From Bacteroidales bacterium (GTDB lineage Bacteria > Bacteroidota > Bacteroidia > Bacteroidales > UBA932), in the NCBI GenBank assembly GCA_024398155.1, contig JAKSJS010000001.1:3233-67232 (forward strand): a stretch of 64,000 nucleotides of DNA. Reading direction: 5' to 3'. Each line of letters begins with the position of its first letter. Position 1 is the first letter of the stretch. Positions 28,776 through 38,739 of this stretch are shown here, one piece after another. Under the pieces are notes generated by a model. It had not been told where the DNA came from. It made no database searches and worked only from the letters and a program-made list of their open reading frames with translations. Both the position numbers and the translations under genes were made by a program.

Positions 28776-30635
28776 ATGAAAAGACAATACTTGTTCTTAT
28801 TATCGGCTTTGCTGATTTGTATAGGCTGTTCTCCTGAGACAAGACCCGGCGGGAATGATTCCGGTAAGATTGCGGATGGGAACTGGCCCTCCGTCGTTGA
28901 ACGTGAAAACGGCCATGTGACTCCGTACATCTCCAGGATGCCCAAGTACTATTGGAATGTAACGGGATGTATATTTACCTCCACCCAGAATGACAAGGGA
29001 TGTGCCTCGAGTACGGGAACCGGATTCCGTAATCACGTCCTTTTTCAATCTCTGGTCGGGCTTGCCCATCGTGCCCTTGAACGCGGAGAGAGCGATATCG
29101 CACTCTGGGCCGGTTCCGGTGCCGAGCAGTATGGATATAAGAATGTCCATGAATGGCTGGATGGGGAGGGAGTCGAGTCTTTGGGGACAATAAATCCCCA
29201 GCAGCTTGCGCTTCTCGGTGAAAACGAAAAAGGCTCCCTCAGGAAATTTATAGACGGATATGTTCTCACCGATGTCAGGAACAATTCAGAATGTGTTTCT
29301 GTCGCAACCGTGGCATCCCATGTGTACAACGCGATAATAGTTGACGTGGATGATGAGGAGATATTCAAGGCGGCCGGATTCAGGATGCTATATGATGCAA
29401 GAGAGAAGAAACTTGCAGATTCATGGGCTGAATTCAAGGATAAATGTGCAAACAATGCTCTTGTGATGATTCCCGTATGGATGGGAGAACTCAGGGGATA
29501 TGCAATTGAGCACGGTCTTTTCTGCTTCAATGTCCTCAAGGAAAAGGAAGAGAGCGGAGGGAACAATCTTACCTTGTTCAGAGAAGTTAACACATGGCTC
29601 CAACCTAATTCCCCGATTTATGGAGCCTCAAATTACGACGAAGGCAATACAGCCTTCATAATATCCAAGTATGGGAACAACTGGGTCCCCTACGACTGGG
29701 GATACAATACGGGGATAACCTCATTGTGTTATCCTGACCGGCGGGAAGGAATTGCGCAGAACACGTTCAATCCTGCTGTTATTGACTGGTCGGTCAACGA
29801 CACTAAGAACTTTGTTAATTTCTATCTCTCAGATGGCGACAACGTTCAATGGGAGATGAACGATTTCGGTTCCGGGTATTGGCTCAAAAATCCCTATAAC
29901 GTCAAGACAAAGATGTCATTTGGACTATCGATGGGTCAGCTGTCCCAGATTGCACCGTCATACCTTTCGGAATTGCTGACCTCCATAAATTCAAGGACAA
30001 ACCACATTTTTGATAGAGGAAGCTATTATTTCATAGATTATCTCGGACGCGGCAAGAACCGTGAGGAGGTTCTCTGGCAAATGGCAAAGGAAACCGCCCA
30101 CCAGATGAAGGAGACCAACACCCGCGTTCTGGCCACCGTAAGCTGGGAGGATTGCCACAGTAAGGCATCTGTCCAGGGTTATCAGGCGATGGTGGATGCC
30201 AATGATGAACTTGACGGCATCTTCACTATAGCTTATTCTCCGTATGCCAAGTCATCGGAGGAAATAATATGGGTCACCAACAGGAAGGGAATAGACATTC
30301 CCGTAATCCGGACGACCTATTCGATTTGGAACACCGGATCCTCGAACCATCAGGACGAGGGTTCACCTACATATATTGCCCATAGGCTTAACAAGCACAA
30401 CCAACAGTTCAACCTGGTCTGCGTTCACTGCTGGAGTGATTTTGCAGACACAGGCACAAGTGATGACGAGACGTCGGAGAACCGCGGAGGCACACTCCGA
30501 AGCGCCGGGGCCGTTGACTCATGTATCAGAAGGCTTGACGATACTTATAAAGTAGTCACTTTGAATGAACTTATATGGCGGATAAGAATGAAATACCGCC
30601 CCGAGCAGACAAAGAAAGTCCTCGGACTTGACTAG
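28776..30635 (+). CDS. GxGYxYP-family putative glycoside hydrolase, lipoprotein
   Basis: Lipobox ICIG-C, FYLSDGDN, VCVHCWS. The eponymous motif is diverged (RGSYYF). Confidence 0.75.
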   Translation: MKRQYLFLLSALLICIGCSPETRPGGNDSGKIADGNWPSVVERENGHVTPYISRMPKYYWNVTGCIFTSTQNDKGCASSTGTGFRNHVLFQSLVGLAHRALERGESDIALWAGSGAEQYGYKNVHEWLDGEGVESLGTINPQQLALLGENEKGSLRKFIDGYVLTDVRNNSECVSVATVASHVYNAIIVDVDDEEIFKAAGFRMLYDAREKKLADSWAEFKDKCANNALVMIPVWMGELRGYAIEHGLFCFNVLKEKEESGGNNLTLFREVNTWLQPNSPIYGASNYDEGNTAFIISKYGNNWVPYDWGYNTGITSLCYPDRREGIAQNTFNPAVIDWSVNDTKNFVNFYLSDGDNVQWEMNDFGSGYWLKNPYNVKTKMSFGLSMGQLSQIAPSYLSELLTSINSRTNHIFDRGSYYFIDYLGRGKNREEVLWQMAKETAHQMKETNTRVLATVSWEDCHSKASVQGYQAMVDANDELDGIFTIAYSPYAKSSEEIIWVTNRKGIDIPVIRTTYSIWNTGSSNHQDEGSPTYIAHRLNKHNQQFNLVCVHCWSDFADTGTSDDETSENRGGTLRSAGAVDSCIRRLDDTYKVVTLNELIWRIRMKYRPEQTKKVLGLD

Positions 30636-30670
30636 CAAACCAATTTAACATACACATATATTATTAATTT

Positions 30671-33600
30671 ATGAACTATTTGACCAAATTCTTGTCCAGA
30701 GCGGTAATTCTGGCTGCGGCCTTCCTTTTTGCGGGTCAGGCCTTCGCGCAGAATGTATCCGTTTCCGGAGTAGTTACGGACGTTTCCGGTGCACCTCTCC
30801 CGGGAGCTTCCGTATTTGAGGTTGGCACCAGCAACGGTGTCATAGCCGACATTGATGGCAAATATTCAATCAGCGTGAAGCCGCAGGCAACACTGGAATT
30901 CTCCTTCATCGGAATGCAATCCCAAAGCTTGGCGGTTAACGGTCAGACTTCCATCAATGTCTCTTTGAGCGAGGATACTACTCTTCTTGAAGATGCCGTC
31001 ATTGTCGCTTACGGTGTCCAGAAGAAGGCGACGCTGACAGGTTCTGTCGCTTCGATCAAAGGCGATGCTGTAATTCAGACGAAGGATGTTAACACCCAGA
31101 ACATGCTTACTGGTAAGGTCGCTGGTCTCAGGGTCGTCCAGAACTCTTCCGAACCGGGCTCCTTTGACTCCTCCATCAGCATCCGTAACTTCGGAAGTCC
31201 TCTTATCATCGTGGACGGTGTTCCCAGAGGCAATCTCGGCCGAATTGACGGTAATGACATAGAGTCCATTTCCGTCATCAAGGACGCCTCGGCGGCTGTT
31301 TACGGAGTAAAGGCGGCAGACGGTGTCATCATCATTACGACCAAACAGGGAGCAAAGGACAACTTCCATCTCACCTATGATTTCGACTGTACACTCAGCA
31401 CCCTTACCGGAGTTCCTGAAGCACTTGATGCTGTCGAGTACATGACCCTCTCCAATGAGGGAACCATGAGGAGCTATGACAGTCCCAGCAGGAAGTATTC
31501 ACAGTCTGAGATGGATCCATATTTAAATGGTAATCTCAAATCGACAGACTGGTATGGTTCAACACTTCGCAAGATTACCCCGAGCTACAAGCACACCTTG
31601 AGCGCTACAGGAGGTTCCGACAAGGTCCAGTACTACCTTTCTCTCGGCTATGTTGACAATCAGTCATTCTACAAGACGAATTCCCTCCATTATAAACAGT
31701 ACTCTTTCCGTTCCAACATTACTGCCACCCCCTTCAAGGACCTCAAGATTACGGCAAACCTCTGGGGCGAGCTTGACAATAAGGAACAGCCTATCGGCAG
31801 CGCTGGCTGGACACTTCGTTCAGTATGGCGCCAGAGGCCGATGGAGACAGTCTTTGCCAACAATGTTGAAGGCAAATATCTCAAGCCTTCCCTTGATGGA
31901 TACAACCCGGTCATCTTTACTGATATCGACCAGATGGGATACAGCAGGAACAACCACAAGTTCCTTCAGTCCCTCTTCTCAATCGAATATTCGCCTTCTT
32001 ATATAAAGGGTCTCTCTGCAAAGGCTTCCGTAAGCTACGACCTTACAATCAGTGACAACAAGACCAACCAGAAGGCGTACAGCCTCTTCGAGTATAACTC
32101 CACGACTGAGAAATATACGGAGAGTGTGCTGAATTCCCCTTCATATGTCCAAAGAAGTTATCAGTCCGACCAGGCGATTCTCATTGACGCATCCCTGAGC
32201 TACAACAACACCTTCGGGAACAATCATGTTGGAGCCCTTGCCCTTTATGAGGAGCACATAGAGTCCGGTGACGGTTTCTATGGACGCAGATATGTCAACT
32301 TCCCTCTTGATGAACTCTTCGCGGGTGAATCCGAAGGTCAGATAGCAAACACAAACAGCGTTTATGAATATGTCAGCCGAGCCTTTGTCGGACGTATCAA
32401 TTATGATTACGCCGGCAAATACCTTGCGGAGTTCAGCTGCCGTTATGACGTTTCCTCACGCTTCTCTCCCAAGAAACGTGGAGGCTTTTTCCCCGGCGGC
32501 TCGATAGGCTATCGTATTTCTGAAGAGAAATTCTGGAAGAGCTCTTCCGCTCTCAGTAAGATCAACAACCTTAAGGTCCGTGCATCATACGGAGTCATGG
32601 GCCGTGATAATTCTCTGGATTTCCAGTTCCTTACAGGTTATTCATATCCTTCAGGCGGATATCTCTTCGACGGTAAATATGTCGGAGGAGTCGCGGACAA
32701 GGGACTTGCCAACGAGGATATCACTTGGGAGACTTGCTATACTCTCGATGTCGGTCTCGACCTTGAGGCCTGGAATGGTCTTCTCGGATTTAGCTTTGAC
32801 TATTTCAACCGTCTTCGTACAGGGATCTTTGGGACAAGACTCCTTACTCTTCCCGAGATATCCGGAACGTCGCTTCCCCAGGAGAATCTCAACAGCCTTC
32901 GTACGACCGGTTATGACATGCAGGTGTCTCACCACCACCATGTAGGTGATTTCTACTATTCAATATCCGGCAACCTTTCATTCGCCTTCAACCAGAACCT
33001 CTACAGGGAACGTTCGAGAGCCGGCAACTCATACGAGAACTGGAGAAACAATGACAGTTATCGTAATACGGGCATCTGGTGGGGTTATGGTGCAGAGGGA
33101 AGATACGATAACCTCGGACAGATCTATTCCAGCAGCTATGCCGGACATGCCACCCTCCCCGGAGACTTCATATATGAGGATTGGAACAATGACGGCTATA
33201 TCAACAATCTTGTCACTCTCGTGATTGGTTATAATGGAGAACCTCAGATATACTATGGTTTCGGTTTCCAGGGTTCATGGAAGGGTCTTGACTTCAATAT
33301 ACTCTTCCAGGGAGCAGGACGCCATTGGGTATATTACTCGGAAGTACTCGGCACATCCCTTTGGGGAGGAGGAAACTCTCCCGACTACTTCCTCGACAGG
33401 TGGCATCCTGCAGATCCGGCTGCTGACCCTTATGACCCCGCAACAGAATGGGTCAAGGGAGAGTATGCCTTCGGTGGAGCCAGCGCGAACGAGAACTCCG
33501 AGTTCAGAATCCAGAATGCAGCATATCTTCGTCTCAAGAGTGTAGAACTTGGCTATACCCTTCCCAAGAACCTGCTTCAAAGGATTCATGTAAGTTCCCT

Positions 33601-33736
33601 CAGGTTCTTCGTGAACAGCTACAATCCTCTCACAATCTCTAAAATCAAGGGTCTCGACCCTGAGCATTGTTCAGGAAACGGTTATCTATATCCGATCAAT
33701 ACAACTATCAGCGTAGGTGCACAGCTTAAATTCTAG
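30671..33736 (+). CDS. susC: SusC/RagA TonB-dependent transporter
   Basis: LTGSVASI, PLIIVDG, DIESISVIKDASAAVYG, GRINYDY, ITWET, YLRLKSVELGY, terminal F. Confidence 0.98.
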   Translation: MNYLTKFLSRAVILAAAFLFAGQAFAQNVSVSGVVTDVSGAPLPGASVFEVGTSNGVIADIDGKYSISVKPQATLEFSFIGMQSQSLAVNGQTSINVSLSEDTTLLEDAVIVAYGVQKKATLTGSVASIKGDAVIQTKDVNTQNMLTGKVAGLRVVQNSSEPGSFDSSISIRNFGSPLIIVDGVPRGNLGRIDGNDIESISVIKDASAAVYGVKAADGVIIITTKQGAKDNFHLTYDFDCTLSTLTGVPEALDAVEYMTLSNEGTMRSYDSPSRKYSQSEMDPYLNGNLKSTDWYGSTLRKITPSYKHTLSATGGSDKVQYYLSLGYVDNQSFYKTNSLHYKQYSFRSNITATPFKDLKITANLWGELDNKEQPIGSAGWTLRSVWRQRPMETVFANNVEGKYLKPSLDGYNPVIFTDIDQMGYSRNNHKFLQSLFSIEYSPSYIKGLSAKASVSYDLTISDNKTNQKAYSLFEYNSTTEKYTESVLNSPSYVQRSYQSDQAILIDASLSYNNTFGNNHVGALALYEEHIESGDGFYGRRYVNFPLDELFAGESEGQIANTNSVYEYVSRAFVGRINYDYAGKYLAEFSCRYDVSSRFSPKKRGGFFPGGSIGYRISEEKFWKSSSALSKINNLKVRASYGVMGRDNSLDFQFLTGYSYPSGGYLFDGKYVGGVADKGLANEDITWETCYTLDVGLDLEAWNGLLGFSFDYFNRLRTGIFGTRLLTLPEISGTSLPQENLNSLRTTGYDMQVSHHHHVGDFYYSISGNLSFAFNQNLYRERSRAGNSYENWRNNDSYRNTGIWWGYGAEGRYDNLGQIYSSSYAGHATLPGDFIYEDWNNDGYINNLVTLVIGYNGEPQIYYGFGFQGSWKGLDFNILFQGAGRHWVYYSEVLGTSLWGGGNSPDYFLDRWHPADPAADPYDPATEWVKGEYAFGGASANENSEFRIQNAAYLRLKSVELGYTLPKNLLQRIHVSSLRFFVNSYNPLTISKIKGLDPEHCSGNGYLYPINTTISVGAQLKF

Positions 33737-33742
33737 AGTGTT

Positions 33743-35731
33743 ATGAAGACTGGAAAAATTACAAATCTTGTCCTTGCGACAATCTGTTCGGCATACCTTT
33801 GCGGCTGTGGTGACATCGACGTCCAACCCAAGAATATGGTAAGCGACGAAACCGTATTCAGTTCCGCTTACGGTATTTCAGCCTATTTTGCCAACCTGTA
33901 CGGAAACTGCAGGATGGAGGATTTCCTCTTTACAATAAACGAAGGTTACTATAACATCCATGGCTGGGAGTACAGGCCCGTCTCGGGTCTCACAGGTGAG
34001 TTCCTTTGCCGTGACATCCGCTCATGTGTCTATGAGGATGACGGTACCGACGAGGGTTACCCTACATGGGGCCCCGCATTCAAGAACTTGAGGAAGATCA
34101 ACTATTTCCTCAAGAATATTGAGAATTACAAAGAGAACCTTGATGAGGCTTTCTATAACCATGTAAAGGGTGAGGCCCTCTTCCTAAGGGCTTACGATTA
34201 TTTTGAACTCGTAAAGAGATATGGAGGTGTCCCCTATATGAAGGAAATCATAGATTATCCCTCATGCGGTTTCGAAGGTACCCAGCTTCCCAGAAATTCT
34301 GAGGAGGAGTGTTGGGATTTCATCATAGAAGACGCCCACAATGCCTATGAGCTCATGTATGAGAGGCCCGTCTCGACAGGACGCGCAAGCCGTTACACAG
34401 CAGCCGCTCTCGAGTCCAGGGCTGCTCTGTTCGCAGGTACAATTGCCGAATATAATAAAATTGAACTGACAGACCCCGCAACGGGTAAACGGCTCTGCGG
34501 AGTCCCCTCCGAAAAAGCAAAGGATTATTTCGTCAAATCAATAGAGGCCGCGCGTCTTGTTGAGGGTCACGCTTCTCTGTATAACAAGTTCCCTACAGAT
34601 AAGGTTGCGAATCTTGTCAACCTTTTCCTTGACGTAGATAATCCTGAGGCCCTTCTCGTGAGACAGTATTCGAAAGATGACGGTTTTGCTCACAGTTGGC
34701 AGAAGTTCATGCTTCCCCGTCAGGTCGTTGTCGAAGGTCTTGGTTCTTCAGGATGCCCGACGCTCGATTTTGTCGAGATGTTCGACGGCATTCCAAAAAA
34801 TGATGACGGAACATGGAAGAGCTTCAATGATGACGGCTCCTTCATCATGTACGATAACAGGTATCAGCCCTTCGAGAATGCTGAACCCCGTCTTCTTGCC
34901 TATGTCCTTGTTCCCGGTGCTACTTGGATGAAACAGGAAATCGACATTCGCAGGGGCATTTATGTGGGTGATCTCCATGACGGGAAGATTTACGAGTCAG
35001 ACCTTCCTTTGAAGAGCAACGAATACTCTCACTACAGCAACCTTGATTCAGGAGGAAAGGTTTATGACGCCGGTTCAAAGGACGGTTCTTCCAACAATCC
35101 TTATGTATTCGACGACGGAACCAAGATGGAGCCTTGTGGAATGAGTGGATGTTACAGCGCTAATGATGAGTGTGCATGGTCAGGATTCTCTGTCCGCAAA
35201 TTCATGGATGAGGAAATGGATGTCGCTCTAGCATATGAGAACAAATGTGAGGCACCTTGGATTGATATGCGTTATGCGGAGGTCATGCTCAACCGCGCTG
35301 AAGCGGCCGTTGAACTGGCGGAGAATTATGGCGTTGCCGATTATCTCGCTGAGGCCAATGATATGATCAGCCAGATTCGCGACAGAGCGGGCGCTGATCC
35401 TCTCACCGATCCTCTTACTGTTGAAATCGTAAGAAGGGAAAGGCGCAAGGAGCTTGCCTTCGAGAACAAGGTTTACTGGGATCTCATGAGATGGAGAGTG
35501 TTCCATCTTGAGCAGGATGACCGCCACTACAAACAGCTTATGCCTTTCTATGTTCCCCCTGTAGGAGCGGGAGGCAATTGCACCGCTTCCGCAAATGGTG
35601 GAAAATATATCTACCATGCACGTCTTGGTACTGGCAACCAATTCACCTTCAATCAGAAGTACTACTACAAGGCGATACCCGGTTCTGAAATCAACAGCAA
35701 CTCGGCTCTCGTCCAGAATCCCGGCTATTAA
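33743..35731 (+). CDS. susD: SusD/RagB glycan-binding lipoprotein
   Basis: GEALFLRAYDYFELVKRYGGVP, MRYAEVMLNRAEA, RRERRKELAFE, QNPGY. Confidence 0.97.
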   Translation: MKTGKITNLVLATICSAYLCGCGDIDVQPKNMVSDETVFSSAYGISAYFANLYGNCRMEDFLFTINEGYYNIHGWEYRPVSGLTGEFLCRDIRSCVYEDDGTDEGYPTWGPAFKNLRKINYFLKNIENYKENLDEAFYNHVKGEALFLRAYDYFELVKRYGGVPYMKEIIDYPSCGFEGTQLPRNSEEECWDFIIEDAHNAYELMYERPVSTGRASRYTAAALESRAALFAGTIAEYNKIELTDPATGKRLCGVPSEKAKDYFVKSIEAARLVEGHASLYNKFPTDKVANLVNLFLDVDNPEALLVRQYSKDDGFAHSWQKFMLPRQVVVEGLGSSGCPTLDFVEMFDGIPKNDDGTWKSFNDDGSFIMYDNRYQPFENAEPRLLAYVLVPGATWMKQEIDIRRGIYVGDLHDGKIYESDLPLKSNEYSHYSNLDSGGKVYDAGSKDGSSNNPYVFDDGTKMEPCGMSGCYSANDECAWSGFSVRKFMDEEMDVALAYENKCEAPWIDMRYAEVMLNRAEAAVELAENYGVADYLAEANDMISQIRDRAGADPLTDPLTVEIVRRERRKELAFENKVYWDLMRWRVFHLEQDDRHYKQLMPFYVPPVGAGGNCTASANGGKYIYHARLGTGNQFTFNQKYYYKAIPGSEINSNSALVQNPGY

Positions 35732-35739
35732 CAGACAAT

Positions 35740-36507
35740 ATGATTATGAAGAAGATACTTATTTATTCATTAGGACTCATTTTCATTCTGGGGATTTCCG
35801 CCTGTGCGACCATCGATAACTATGATGGTCCCGCTGAAACTTTCTGCGGAAAGATTGTTGACCCCAGCGGGAACCTTGTTCCCTGTGAGTACGGCGGAGT
35901 CCGCATAAAGATGATGGAGTACAGCTGGGATGAAAATCCCACGCCGTATTACATGTACGTCCAGGCAGACGGAACATTCAACAACGACAAGGTCTTTGCG
36001 GGGACATATGGCGTTCAGCCTCTAGGACCTTTCGTCCCGTATGAGAACGAGGAAACCGTCAAGATAAGCGGTAAGGTTGAACACATTTTCAAGGTTGAAC
36101 CTTTCCTGAATGTCGTTTTTGTTGAAGAGCCGACAATCAAGGAAGACGGTCGTATTACATGTAAGATCCGTGTTGACAGGGGAACGGACAATCCCGATTA
36201 TCTCCTCAAGAGAATTGAGGGCTCAGACGGGAAGGTCACGTTTGAAAACGAGGTTGATTACATTGCCCTTTTTGTTTCTGAAACCCCTCAGGTCGGAAAC
36301 AACAATTGGATCACTACGTATTCTTATAGGAAGAATTATACCAAGGATGCGGCCGAGGAACTCCTCGGGGGAGAAATCAAAATTACAACCAAGACCGCCC
36401 TTCCCGCAGGAAGGACTTGGTGGATAAGGGCCGCCGCACGTGCAAACATTGTTGTTGACGGGTCGTCAAGGTATAATTATTCCGTCCCTGTACGCATCGA
36501 ATCATAA
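35740..36507 (+). CDS. DUF3823-like lipoprotein
   Basis: Lipobox then IDNYDGP, DGTFNNDKVFAGTY, GPFVP, VEPFL; directly after susD. Confidence 0.75.
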   Translation: MIMKKILIYSLGLIFILGISACATIDNYDGPAETFCGKIVDPSGNLVPCEYGGVRIKMMEYSWDENPTPYYMYVQADGTFNNDKVFAGTYGVQPLGPFVPYENEETVKISGKVEHIFKVEPFLNVVFVEEPTIKEDGRITCKIRVDRGTDNPDYLLKRIEGSDGKVTFENEVDYIALFVSETPQVGNNNWITTYSYRKNYTKDAAEELLGGEIKITTKTALPAGRTWWIRAAARANIVVDGSSRYNYSVPVRIES

Positions 36508-36510
36508 TAA

Positions 36511-38739
36511 ATGAACAAAAGAATTCTCACAGCAGCGATTGCTGTATTTTCAGCCATGACTCTTGCCGGATGTACAGAATCCGGCAGGAGCCTTACATCC
36601 TATGTCAACCTTTTTGTCGGTACAGGTTTCACCGGGCATACTTATCCCGGTGCCACAACCCCGTTCGGTATGGTTGCGGCCAGTCCTGATACAGACAATA
36701 CAGACTGGGACCACTGTTCAGGCTACAAATACGAAGACAATACAATTATGGGCTTCTCCCAGACTCACCTGAGTGGTATGGGTACTGAAGAGATGGGCGA
36801 TATGCGTCTTATGCCTATAACGGGCGAACCTTGTTTTGAACCTGGGCCAAAAACGGATCCCGACAGGGGCTACCGTTCCCGCTTCTCCCATTCTACAGAG
36901 GTTGCCCGCCCCGGCTATTATGCCGTGACCTTGGATGATTATTCCATCCGGGCGGAGATGACGGCAAGTCCACATTGTGCCATCTATCGTTTTTCTTTCC
37001 CGGAAAATGAGAAGGCTGGAGTTGTCTTTGACATACGCAATGGCATATGTGACAGAATTCTTGATTACTATTTCGAGAAGTCCGGTGACCGCTCGATAAA
37101 GGGTTACCGCCGTACGTCCTGTTTCCTCGTGAAAGATCACGGCTATTATGGCTGGGCAGAGTTTTCAGAGACTCCTCTGAGCTGGGAAACTTCCGATGAC
37201 GGGATGAAAATGTATGCTGAATTCAAACCCGGTTCCACTCTCTACATAAAAGTTGGTATGTCAAATGTCAGTGATGGGGGAGCGAAAATGAACCTTGACG
37301 CTGAAATTCCCGGTTGGAACTTCGAGCGCGTCGCAAAGGATGCAGACAGGCTCTGGGAAAAAGCCCTTTCAAAGATTACTGTCGGCAAGAATGAAAGCGA
37401 AGAGAACAAGTCTCTGCTTTATACATCGCTTTACCATACCATGATGTCTCCCAACATAATAACTGACGTTGACGGTGGATATTATGGCTGGGACCGGGAA
37501 ATTCACGCCTCTTTGGACGTAAAGTACACAACCTATTCCCTGTGGGACACTTACCGTGCCCTGCATCCCCTCTACAACCTCATATATCAGGACAGGAATG
37601 TCGAATTCATCAATTCCTGGCTGGAGAGGTACAGGCAGATAGGCTATCTGCCCATTCTGGAAATCGGTATCAGCGAGACTTTTGCGATGATAGGAATCCA
37701 TTCCCTTCCGGTTCTCGCTGATGCCATTATCCAGGGCATTCCAGGATTCGATTATGAACTGGCTTATCAGGGCATGAAGGAACTTGCCCTTAACGATACT
37801 ATGCCCCACACAAAAGGTATCGCTTATTTGAAAGAACTGGGTTATCTCCCTACCGAACTTGAAAACAATTCCGTATCCAAGACCATGGAGTATGCATATG
37901 ATGAGTGGTGCGTGGCAAGGGTCGCTGAAAAACTCGGACATGAGGAGGATGCAGAATATTTTTATTCTCTCGCAAGAACATACAGGAACGTTTACGATCC
38001 GGACAGCGGTTTTGTCCGCGGACGTCATGAAAATGGCAATTGGAGGAAACCTTTCAATCCCTTCCAGGTCACATCATGGGGCAAACAGGATTATACTGAA
38101 GGTAATGCATGGCAGTATCATTTCTATGTCCCCCAGGATGTCAATACCTATATAACCATGAACGGCGGAGAAGAAGCCTTCGAGAAGAAACTCGACGACA
38201 TGTTCTCCATCGAACTTTCCGCCGACAACATCGACATCCCTGACGTGACCGGTCCCAGCGGCCAGTATGCCCATGGGAACGAGCCGTCACATCATGTCGC
38301 TTATCTGTATAATTTTGTAGGCAAGCCGGAAAAGACCCAGGAGATGGTTGCACGCATCAAACGTGAGATGTACACTCTTGATCCTGACGGGCTTTGCGGC
38401 AACGATGACTGCGGACAGATGAGTGCATGGTACATCCTGAGTGCCGTCGGGTTCTACCCGGTCACGCCCGCGATAGGATATTTTGTGATCGGAACGCCCA
38501 CCTTCAAGGAGATGACCCTTGAACTGTCTTCCGGCAAAAATCTTTCAATAAAGGCTCCCGAGGTATCTCCCGAAAACGTTTATATCCAGTCCATGACTCT
38601 TAACGGGGAGCCCTATTCCAAGTCATGGATAAGCGTCGAGGACATAATGAACGGTGGAGAAATCTGCTTTGAAATGGGACCCGAGCCGTCCGCGTGGGGA
38701 ACAGCACCCGAGGACAGGCCGGTTGCTGTGATTGAATGA
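36511..38739 (+). CDS. GH92 alpha-mannosidase-family glycoside hydrolase
   Basis: GHTYPGATTPFGM, FSQTHLSG, SLWDTYRA, YTEGNAWQY, HGNEPSHH, GNDDCGQMSAW. Confidence 0.95.
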   Translation: MNKRILTAAIAVFSAMTLAGCTESGRSLTSYVNLFVGTGFTGHTYPGATTPFGMVAASPDTDNTDWDHCSGYKYEDNTIMGFSQTHLSGMGTEEMGDMRLMPITGEPCFEPGPKTDPDRGYRSRFSHSTEVARPGYYAVTLDDYSIRAEMTASPHCAIYRFSFPENEKAGVVFDIRNGICDRILDYYFEKSGDRSIKGYRRTSCFLVKDHGYYGWAEFSETPLSWETSDDGMKMYAEFKPGSTLYIKVGMSNVSDGGAKMNLDAEIPGWNFERVAKDADRLWEKALSKITVGKNESEENKSLLYTSLYHTMMSPNIITDVDGGYYGWDREIHASLDVKYTTYSLWDTYRALHPLYNLIYQDRNVEFINSWLERYRQIGYLPILEIGISETFAMIGIHSLPVLADAIIQGIPGFDYELAYQGMKELALNDTMPHTKGIAYLKELGYLPTELENNSVSKTMEYAYDEWCVARVAEKLGHEEDAEYFYSLARTYRNVYDPDSGFVRGRHENGNWRKPFNPFQVTSWGKQDYTEGNAWQYHFYVPQDVNTYITMNGGEEAFEKKLDDMFSIELSADNIDIPDVTGPSGQYAHGNEPSHHVAYLYNFVGKPEKTQEMVARIKREMYTLDPDGLCGNDDCGQMSAWYILSAVGFYPVTPAIGYFVIGTPTFKEMTLELSSGKNLSIKAPEVSPENVYIQSMTLNGEPYSKSWISVEDIMNGGEICFEMGPEPSAWGTAPEDRPVAVIE